Shown here in pieces: positions 42,961 to 50,240 of a stretch of 56,788 bases of DNA. Under the pieces are notes generated by a model. That model saw only the letters and a program-made list of their open reading frames with translations, did no database searches and was not told the origin of the DNA. How positions within the stretch are numbered: position 1 is the stretch's first letter; the number at the start of each line of letters is the position of its first letter. Where the stretch lies: positions 1 through 56,788 of IMG/VR virus record IMGVR_UViG_3300042868_005444; one strand, written 5' to 3'. Both the position numbers and the translations under genes were made by a program. Source of the DNA: a virus. Lineage: Duplodnaviria; Caudoviricetes.

Positions 42961-45275
42961 TCTTCCCTTTTCTTAGCGTTGACCTGCATGGCCAGCTTCA
43001 GGATATCAGATTTATGGTCGAACATCCGCATGTCGCGCTCGTGCTGCATCTTGACTGCGTCGTTCATGCGGTCGCGGTCCATGTCCATCTGCTTTGCCTG
43101 CAGGTCTTTCTCACGGTCTAGATCGCGGTTCTCGTCGTTCATCGCGTCACGGCGGATCGAGTGCTCGATCTGCTTGGCCCGGTTCTCCTCGGCCATCATC
43201 TTCAGCTGCAGCTCAGCCGGATCGGGACCAACCGCCCCGCCTTGCGCACGGGCGACCTCGGGTTTTTGAGCCTTCAGCATGTCAGCCTGCGCCCGCAGCG
43301 TGTCGGCGTCGGCCTTCTGCTTGGCGATCTTGATCTCCTCGATGCCCTTGAGGAGCTCCGGCGGCGGCTGGTTGCGATCCTGCTCGGGCTTGAGGAACTG
43401 CTCGGGGTTCGACCAGCCGATGGCGCGCAGGGCGGCCTTGTCAACGGCCACGGCGTCGTACAGACCCGGACTTGCCGACTGCAGCTGCTTCAGAGCCATG
43501 ATCTTCATGACGCGCTGGGCGTGGCTGGCGGTGTTCGGGTCGGCCTGAGGCACCAGTTCGACGTCGTCCAGAGCCTTTATGAGAAGCTCGATGTTCCACT
43601 CTACAGACGGCTTGCGGTTGCGCTCCCAGAAGCTTTCGGGGTGCTCGCGGAAACAATCGCGCAGGAGGGCGAACTCTTCGGCCTGAGCCGAGTGCATCCG
43701 CTTGTGGACCGAGTTGAGAACCTTGGTGGCCTGCTCGATCATGGCCAGCGTGGTGCCAACCGGCGCATCTGCCCGACCTTCGCCGACCTGCAGCTCAGAC
43801 GTACCGCCGACGCGCATGCCGGTGCTTGCGATGTTTTCGGTCAGGGCCATCAGAGCCTGCGACGGCTCTTTGTACGGCAGTGCCATAATGGCTTGGTTGA
43901 TCGGCTGGCCACCGGTCTTCACCTGAGCCGCGCCGCCGGGCGGGATGCGGAAGATGTTGGTGTTCTGGCGCGATCCGGTGTCCGAGATCAGGAAGCCGGG
44001 GAAGTTGGCGAACATACCAGCGTCCAGAAGCTCACGCCACGCAGCGGTGACCGCGTTCGTAGTGTTGCCGAGAATGTGCAGCAGGCCGATGTCGTAGAAG
44101 CCAAAGCCCGGCACGAAAGTGTACTTGACGAAGGTTTTGCGGGCCTCGGGCAGCTCTGCGGTGTCTTCGTTGTAGTTCCGTACGATGCTCAAAATCTCAC
44201 GCGACGACACGTCGATGGTCACGCGGTACGGGATTTCCAGACCGGACGGCTTGCCCTTGAACTTGTGCTCAAAGCCCTTGATGTCCAGCTCGCAATAGAC
44301 CTCGTAGATTTCGCGGTCGCGGTCGTCCGGGTTCATGGTATCGGTGGAGATACCCTGCTGCGCGGCCTTGGCTTCCTGAACGCTGTCGGGGCTGGTGATG
44401 AGCGGGGTCGCCAGCTCGATGTCGCGGTAGACACCGAGGATTTGCAGGCGCTTCACGGTCGACGGCTTGAGGTAGACGCGGTGCGTCACCCGGCGGGAGT
44501 TGGACAGGTCGGTGGCCGCGTTGTTGACGATCAGGTCGTCCGCGTTGACGCTCTCGGACACCGGGCGGTTCCGCAGCGGGCAGAAGTACACCTTCTTGAA
44601 CGACGTGCCGCCGAACCCCAGCAAAAGGAACATGCGGTCTGTATCCGGGTAATATTCTGTCGCGGTGGACGTCAGGTAGTGGTTGAAGTCCTTCTCGAAA
44701 GCGTCGGCCATCTGGTCTCGGGCGGCGGAGCTTGCGTTGCCGTCGTCCCTGATCTTCACCGGTCCGTCGGTCGGCAGCATCTCGGAGCGGGCGTTGGCTT
44801 GGAAGCGCAGCACGGCTTCCTGCAAGAGCGGGTGGCGAACCTTCGACATGCCTTCGACCGGCGCACCGTCGTTGCTACCCTGAATGCCGGGCAGCTCGAT
44901 CTTGAGACCCAGAAGCTTCATACCCTGCGCCCGATCCTCGACCCACTCCTTGCGGCTCATGAGGTCATCGCTGATCCCGCGCAGAAGGTCTTCGGAGATG
45001 TGGCCCAGCTCCATGCTGTCGATGTCGTCGACAAGGTTGCGGAACCAGCGGGTGTCCTTCTCCTCCTCGTTCTCAGAGATCGGCTTGCCATCCAGCGAGA
45101 TGGTGATCGAACCGTCACCGTGCTCGATGCTCAGGAGCGAGCCGTCATCCGAAAACTGGGGGACATCGACGTCCTCATCGGTGTTCTCGACCGTGACGTC
45201 CATTGCAGTGATTGCAGCGTCTTCAGGGTCATGTTCAAGGCGTACGGCGGGGTTCAGGCCGGGAACGAGAGGCAT
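42957..45275 (-). CDS. portal protein
   Basis: 772 aa; HPLLQEAVLRFQA.A..E..P..GPVK, GTSFKKVY, FYDIGL.H, APVGTTLA..E; downstream of terminase. Confidence 0.9.
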   Translation of the reverse strand: MPLVPGLNPAVRLEHDPEDAAITAMDVTVENTDEDVDVPQFSDDGSLLSIEHGDGSITISLDGKPISENEEEKDTRWFRNLVDDIDSMELGHISEDLLRGISDDLMSRKEWVEDRAQGMKLLGLKIELPGIQGSNDGAPVEGMSKVRHPLLQEAVLRFQANARSEMLPTDGPVKIRDDGNASSAARDQMADAFEKDFNHYLTSTATEYYPDTDRMFLLLGFGGTSFKKVYFCPLRNRPVSESVNADDLIVNNAATDLSNSRRVTHRVYLKPSTVKRLQILGVYRDIELATPLITSPDSVQEAKAAQQGISTDTMNPDDRDREIYEVYCELDIKGFEHKFKGKPSGLEIPYRVTIDVSSREILSIVRNYNEDTAELPEARKTFVKYTFVPGFGFYDIGLLHILGNTTNAVTAAWRELLDAGMFANFPGFLISDTGSRQNTNIFRIPPGGAAQVKTGGQPINQAIMALPYKEPSQALMALTENIASTGMRVGGTSELQVGEGRADAPVGTTLAMIEQATKVLNSVHKRMHSAQAEEFALLRDCFREHPESFWERNRKPSVEWNIELLIKALDDVELVPQADPNTASHAQRVMKIMALKQLQSASPGLYDAVAVDKAALRAIGWSNPEQFLKPEQDRNQPPPELLKGIEEIKIAKQKADADTLRAQADMLKAQKPEVARAQGGAVGPDPAELQLKMMAEENRAKQIEHSIRRDAMNDENRDLDREKDLQAKQMDMDRDRMNDAVKMQHERDMRMFDHKSDILKLAMQVNAKKREE

Positions 45276-45314
45276 ATCATGGTCCCTTCAGGGGTCAGGT
45301 TGCGGGCGATCTTA

Positions 45315-45710
45315 TCAGGTCGCCTCGATTTCTTCCAGTAGAAGGTAGGCACCAGCAAGGTAGTTGATTGCACCCAGCAATTCGCGCTGAGCCGCGTCGG
45401 GTTCCATGCGGCTGCTCTCCTGCGCCTTCTTGATGGCCTGACCGAGACAGAACCCCGGACCAACCATGCGCCCGATCTCCATCATGGGCTGACGGTCAAA
45501 GGGCTTGTCGTTGGCGTGGCGCTCTTTGCCCTTGCCAACGGACGCCTGTTCGAGCGCCATCTTCAGGACGTAACGCAGGGAGTAATAGTCGTCCACCACC
45601 GCGCTCTGCACTTCGGAACCGATGTCGGGACAAACGTGTTCGCAGCTTTCAACCACAGCTTCGCCGCAGTGCCTACAGAAAACGGTTTCCAATTCGCCCC
45701 ACTTAGCCAT
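45315..45710 (-). CDS. hypothetical protein (possible all-alpha nucleotide-metabolism fold)
   Basis: QA..GKGKERHA...F..QP...GQAIKK..E...ELLGAINY; adjacent to dCTP deaminase. Fold assignment is a guess. Confidence 0.6.
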   Translation of the reverse strand: MAKWGELETVFCRHCGEAVVESCEHVCPDIGSEVQSAVVDDYYSLRYVLKMALEQASVGKGKERHANDKPFDRQPMMEIGRMVGPGFCLGQAIKKAQESSRMEPDAAQRELLGAINYLAGAYLLLEEIEAT

Positions 45711-46194
45711 TGATCGCTCCTACCGGCTTGTCCGCTTGGTTTTGGTACTTTCCTTCGTACGATACATTCTCCACCAGATGGTGGAAGACGACCTGCGCAA
45801 TGCCCGCGCCTGCGGGGATGAACAGCGGCTCCGAGCCATGATAGACCAGCTCAAGGGTCAGGAAGCCCTTCCAGCCGGGCTCGATGACCGTGTTAAAGAC
45901 CGACAGGCCGCGCCGGGCCCATGTCGACTTGTCATGCACGATGCCCACGAGGTAGTCTGGCATGTTGAACTCCTCGATAGCCGAGGCGATGCAGAACCTC
46001 TGGCCAACGTGAATACCGTCGACCGTGACGCGGGCAGGCATGGTGTCAGGCACCCTGAAGTCGATGGCCTGCTTGATCCGGATGTCGTAGCCCGCCTCGC
46101 CGAGGCCGTGCGACACGCCGTGCAGGCGCACTTTGCCGGGCAACATGTCTTTGATGGGCGCAGCCTCGAGGAGGTACTTGCCGTTGAGGATCAC
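45703..46194 (-). CDS. dcd: dCTP deaminase (trimeric dUTPase superfamily)
   Basis: GYDIR, DKSTWARRG, IEPGWKGFLTLEL, IAQVVF, YEGKYQNQ; GTG start. Confidence 0.85.
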   Translation of the reverse strand: MILNGKYLLEAAPIKDMLPGKVRLHGVSHGLGEAGYDIRIKQAIDFRVPDTMPARVTVDGIHVGQRFCIASAIEEFNMPDYLVGIVHDKSTWARRGLSVFNTVIEPGWKGFLTLELVYHGSEPLFIPAGAGIAQVVFHHLVENVSYEGKYQNQADKPVGAING

Positions 46195-46427
46195 TTCGGC
46201 TCACCTTTTGTAGCGGCTTTGACGGCCCACATGGCAGCGCTTTCGATGTCCGTCTGGGCCAAAGCCTTGAGGCGGGTACGTTCCGCGTCGATGCCCCACT
46301 CATGCGACCCTGCCGGGATGCTGTCGATTAGGTCGATCAGGTCAGCGGCAGCGCGCTTGATCTTGGCAACCATGTCGTCATTTGACGGGTTGAAGGCGAT
46401 GCCAACCCTGTATTCACCCATTGTCAT
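46191..46427 (-). CDS. Acb2/Tad1-like helical hairpin protein (putative cyclic-nucleotide sponge)
   Basis: R..ALAQTDIESAAMWAVKA C-terminal helix signature. Confidence 0.6.
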   Translation of the reverse strand: MTMGEYRVGIAFNPSNDDMVAKIKRAAADLIDLIDSIPAGSHEWGIDAERTRLKALAQTDIESAAMWAVKAATKGEPK

Positions 46428-46443
46428 TTCTTAGTCCCTTTCA

Positions 46444-46776
46444 TCAGTTCATGGTCATGGTTTCTTGTTCGCGCAACACCCAATCGCTCTCACTGGCGAT
46501 CCTGATGACCCGCACGATGGTGTTCAGCATGCTGGAGGAGACCTCGAGGTTGTCCATGAAGACGACCGTGCCATGCTCGTTGAACACCCGGACAGCCTCC
46601 CTTACGCCGCCGAGGTCGTTAATCACCTCGCCATGAGGCAACTTACCAGCCAACTCGGCCTCAATGGGCCCGGTTGGCCCGAAGGCAAAGAAGGGCAGAA
46701 TTTCTCCCGTTGGCTCGTACTCAGCAATGCCAGCCGTGAAGGCGGCATTCTTGTTGCCCAGCAGAATGATGCTCAA
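46444..46776 (-). CDS. hypothetical protein
   Basis: 110 aa, TTG start after GGAGG, overlapping upstream stop. Confidence 0.6.
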   Translation of the reverse strand: MSIILLGNKNAAFTAGIAEYEPTGEILPFFAFGPTGPIEAELAGKLPHGEVINDLGGVREAVRVFNEHGTVVFMDNLEVSSSMLNTIVRVIRIASESDWVLREQETMTMN

Positions 46777-46958
46777 AGCTCGCCTCCCATTTCTTCAACG
46801 AAGCGGCGCAGGCCTTCTTGGGCTGCCGCACCCTCATCGGCCTTCCGCATGATGTAAGTGCGAACCTCGCCCTCGTGATCGCCACGACCATTGACCGTGA
46901 CTGTAAACGATCCGATTTCGCACGGATCGACGGTTGCATCACACAGTACGCGCTTCAT
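46773..46958 (-). CDS. hypothetical protein
   Basis: 61 aa, GGAG RBS. Confidence 0.65.
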   Translation of the reverse strand: MKRVLCDATVDPCEIGSFTVTVNGRGDHEGEVRTYIMRKADEGAAAQEGLRRFVEEMGGEL

Positions 46959-47013
46959 GGTATCGGGCTCCCTACATCACCAGATGGGATAAACGCACAC
47001 TGGCTCTGTTATG

Positions 47014-48651
47014 TCAAACCCCATACAGGGAACGATCATCGTTGCCGGTAAACTTCTGGGCGTCCTCAAGCTCGGCCATGCGCTCGGGTGCGCGGGTCAG
47101 CAGGCCGATCTGGCGCAGGTGGCCGACGCTCATCGAGACGGTGTCGACGAGGTCATCGTTCTTGCCCTTGGGGAAGACGCTGCACTGACGGATCACCAGC
47201 TCGGCCCAATCCTTGTCGGGCGCATAGACCATGCCCTCGGCGAAGATGTGCTGCACGGCATACAGGCGGGCCATCTTGTCGAGGGTCTTGGGGTCGTACA
47301 TCTGCACACCGAAGTCCTCGCTGGCCATCAGGCGGCGGACTTCCTGCGCCACGCTGTGACCGGCGGCCTTGTTCTCGATCAGAAGCTTGTCGACCTTCAT
47401 GCGGCTGCAAGTCGACATGACCTTCTCGGCCAGCTCGTGCAGCTCCAGCTTGGCCTGCCACGCATACATCAGCATGAGCTTCGGCACCGGCCCGAGGCTC
47501 TCGGACTGGTAGCTGGTGCGCAGTTCGATGGTTCGGCCGTACCGGTCGACCGAACGTGTAGACTGCACCTCATCCGACCCGGAGAACACACCCCAGACCG
47601 TCAGGGCGCTGAAGTCGTTCTCGGCCTTGGTGGTGTACGCGGTGTCGAGGCTGGCAATGACGTACTCGATGCCCGGGTATTCCTTGCGATCCCACAGCTG
47701 CCACCAATGGTCCTTGATGATACCGCCGCCGCGAGGCTCGGGCTGCTGCTGATACTGTCCCGCTGTAGCGTACGGACCCATTGCTGCTTCGTCCCGGTCG
47801 ACCACGTCCTCTGGGAAGCGGTCAGGGAACAGAAGCTCACCCTCTTCCTCGCGCGGATCGGCGTAACCGAGCATGGTGGCGCTGGCCCGGGTCGGGTCGT
47901 AGCGCATGGGCAGCATGATGTGGTCATAGCCCATGGCGTTCGACAGGATCACGCCCGAGACGTCCTCCTCGTGCAGGCGCTGCATCACCACGACGATGGC
48001 CGATCTGTCGGGGTTGTTCAGGCGGCTCGTGACGGCCTCCTTGAACAGCTGGGTCACCGTGTTGCGCTGGGCATCGCTGTTCGCGCCGCTGACGCTGTGC
48101 GGGTCGTCGATGATGACGCGGTCGCCACGATAGCCGGTGATGCCCTCGAATGCGCAGGCCTGTCTCGAGCCGGTCGCGGTGGTTTCGAACTTGCCCTTGG
48201 CGTCCTGATCCGGCGTCAGCTGGACGATGTCGCCCCAATGGCCCTGATACCACTCGGACTTGATGAGACGGCGCATCTTGACGCTGTCGCGCAGCGCAAG
48301 CTCTTGGCTGTGGCTGGCGCAGACGTACCGCATGTACGGCATCTTGCGCGGCCCCCATTCCCACGAGGGCCAGAACACGCCGATCAGCAGCGACTTCATG
48401 GTGCCGGGCGGCACGTTCACCAGCAGGCGGTTGTAGAACGTGTCGTCATCGAACTGGTGGCCTTCGGTGATAGCCTCGAGGTGCGCGCAGATGAAGTCGA
48501 TGTGCCAGCCGTGCGTGTACGGCTGGCCCGGTTCGATCACATGCCACGCGGCCTTCACAAACTCGGCAAGCGAAAGCTCACACTTCCGCTTCTCGATGAT
48601 CTTCAAAAGGGCCGCAGGATCGACCGCAAAGGGAAGATCAATCTTTCCCAA
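47014..48651 (-). CDS. terL: terminase large subunit
   Basis: NVPPGTMKS (Walker A), VIIDDPH (Walker B), MQRLH, GQYQQ.P, SLDTA, IENKAAG, DDLVD (RNase H-like nuclease). Start placed at TTG 48651, uncertain. Confidence 0.95.
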   Translation of the reverse strand: MGKIDLPFAVDPAALLKIIEKRKCELSLAEFVKAAWHVIEPGQPYTHGWHIDFICAHLEAITEGHQFDDDTFYNRLLVNVPPGTMKSLLIGVFWPSWEWGPRKMPYMRYVCASHSQELALRDSVKMRRLIKSEWYQGHWGDIVQLTPDQDAKGKFETTATGSRQACAFEGITGYRGDRVIIDDPHSVSGANSDAQRNTVTQLFKEAVTSRLNNPDRSAIVVVMQRLHEEDVSGVILSNAMGYDHIMLPMRYDPTRASATMLGYADPREEEGELLFPDRFPEDVVDRDEAAMGPYATAGQYQQQPEPRGGGIIKDHWWQLWDRKEYPGIEYVIASLDTAYTTKAENDFSALTVWGVFSGSDEVQSTRSVDRYGRTIELRTSYQSESLGPVPKLMLMYAWQAKLELHELAEKVMSTCSRMKVDKLLIENKAAGHSVAQEVRRLMASEDFGVQMYDPKTLDKMARLYAVQHIFAEGMVYAPDKDWAELVIRQCSVFPKGKNDDLVDTVSMSVGHLRQIGLLTRAPERMAELEDAQKFTGNDDRSLYGV

Positions 48652-49087
48652 GCGACTTCTGCAGCGCAGCCCCCAGAACCTCCAGCTCATCGAGCGAGAG
48701 GTTCGAAACATCCAGTTGCTGAGACGTCTTGATGGCAGGCATGTCGTCAGAACCACCAACGGCAACCTTGTCACCGTAGATGGTGGCGTTCCACTTGCCG
48801 ATCAGACGCAGCCTCGTGTCAATGCGGACGCGCCTGTCAGCTGGATCAGCTTTCTTTTCGTCTGCGATCTCGATGCATTCATCGGCCAGAGCATGCGTCC
48901 CGTCGACCTTCGCGCGCGCGACAAGGTCACCAAATTCGGGGTGCCGCCGCTGCCAACGCAACACGCTCATGTAACACGGCATGCCCTCTTCCTTGCAGAT
49001 GACCTTCATCGGCTTACCATCGGCAAGCTTGTCGAGGATCATCTCGGCGATCTCTTGATTGTAATCAGTCGGTCTTCCTGCGGGCAT
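48638..49087 (-). CDS. terS: terminase small subunit
   Basis: GRPTDY...I...LADG.....IC...GMP....V..W......F HTH; ADE...IAD; RIDTR; directly upstream of terL. Confidence 0.9.
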   Translation of the reverse strand: MPAGRPTDYNQEIAEMILDKLADGKPMKVICKEEGMPCYMSVLRWQRRHPEFGDLVARAKVDGTHALADECIEIADEKKADPADRRVRIDTRLRLIGKWNATIYGDKVAVGGSDDMPAIKTSQQLDVSNLSLDELEVLGAALQKSLGKD

Positions 49088-49153
49088 AGCTTAGCCTCTC
49101 ATGTTGATTGCCCAAAGGTACACCGACGCAGAGGGCTTGTCGAGTTTGGCCTC

Positions 49154-49447
49154 TCAGGCGCGTCCCATCTTCTCGAGCGCCCTCTTCACGGCGGCCTCGC
49201 TGCAAGACCAGACCGCGTTGCTTGGCTTCTTGGTCGCACGAACCTTCGGCACCTTGGCCTCTTGGAGAACACCATAGTCCCCGAAGAAGGGCGCGTCGTG
49301 CAGCGGCAGAACCACCCCGAACCGCTCACATGCAGCGTCCACCGACTTGCTATGCAGACCATAGTACCGGGCCGTTTTCGTCACCGTCCAGTTCCGCTCG
49401 CATGCGGCCTTCATCATGTCGATTGAGATGCGTTTTCCACCGGCCAT
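49154..49447 (-). CDS. HTH DNA-binding protein
   Basis: WTVTKTARYYGLHSKSV..ACERFG; AAGGA RBS. Confidence 0.65.
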   Translation of the reverse strand: MAGGKRISIDMMKAACERNWTVTKTARYYGLHSKSVDAACERFGVVLPLHDAPFFGDYGVLQEAKVPKVRATKKPSNAVWSCSEAAVKRALEKMGRA

Positions 49448-49589
49448 TGTTCTTGTCCTTTGATGATAAGTTTTACTGTTCTGCCCGAGAAAAATGCCCA
49501 GCCGCGAGGCTGGGCTAAGTCAAGGCAGGCGATCCCATGGAGAGGTCGTGGGGTGACGATAGCCCGAAGCCTCGAGCCGATCAAGAAAA

Positions 49590-49915
49590 CATTATTGCGG
49601 CAATTATGCGGAGTTATGTGGACACCACCTGTCCGCAAAACTCGGCATCGTTATCTCCTTGTTTTACTAGACACCACGCCCGGGGGGGGGGCGGGGGGCT
49701 ATATATATGCGGGTCTTTGCCCACCCCCTCCTTCTCTCTTGCACCCCCACCTTAGCGCCCCCGCCTCTTCGGGAGAGGGCATTTGTCCGCGAAACTAAAT
49801 GTTTTTGCCATTTTGTCGTTTGCTTTCAATCACTTGAGTTAAAAAGGTGGCTGTCCACATAATAGGGCAGAATTGAAAGGGCTTGAATGTAACTGTTTTG
49901 TCCGTATTATTAACA
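49590..49915. repeat. iteron-like repeats; candidate replication origin
   Basis: TGTCC-core repeats at 49630, 49784, 49852, 49899 (+) and 49624 (-), inside an AT-richer non-coding gap next to the primase-helicase gene. Confidence 0.55.
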
Positions 49916-49943
49916 AAACGTGCAAACAAGGAAAGGACAATGC

Positions 49944-50219
49944 ATGAAAATTGACAAATTCCCACCCATGACGGGCGGCAGGAAGCGTGTCATCAGCACC
50001 CCCTTCACCAGAGAGTGGGTCTTGGAGCTGATCGATCTGCAGGGAGGGTCCCCAACTATCCGGGAAATCTTTGAGGCGTACCGCAGCGCAGAGGCAGATA
50101 GGGGGCGGACAATCTTGGCCTTTCAGGCTGCGTTTGATGACGGCGACATTGAGTGCCATCACACCAGTGTCGGAAAAAGAGGCAGGCCGAGATACGAGTT
50201 TAGGGTTGCAAAAAAATAG
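49944..50219 (+). CDS. small winged-helix protein resembling the primase-helicase C-terminus
   Basis: AAGGA RBS; PTIREIFEAYR...GDIEC...GKRGRP aligns by eye with VTARDLSENVR...KGIAC...GQPGRP of 50240-52540. Confidence 0.65.
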   Translation: MKIDKFPPMTGGRKRVISTPFTREWVLELIDLQGGSPTIREIFEAYRSAEADRGRTILAFQAAFDDGDIECHHTSVGKRGRPRYEFRVAKK

Positions 50220-50240
50220 GGGGCCATTGGCCCCCTTTCT
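50210..50240. terminator. bidirectional intrinsic terminator
   Basis: AAAAAAT-AGGGGGCC-ATT-GGCCCCCT-TTC between convergent stops. Confidence 0.75.

Noticed and set aside
40075-45341. Very long + strand ORFs (840 aa at 40075-42597, 726 aa at 43161-45341; also 10244-12220 and 30230-31585)
   Set aside because: They are antisense shadows of GC3-biased real genes on the - strand, with no motifs or RBS and shadow-typical composition.
47011-48732. 573-aa + strand ORF
   Set aside because: Antisense to terL, which has complete ATPase and nuclease motifs.
49414-49920. Short ORFs in the terS-primase gap
   Set aside because: Atypical composition, homopolymer runs and no RBS; better explained as non-coding repeats.
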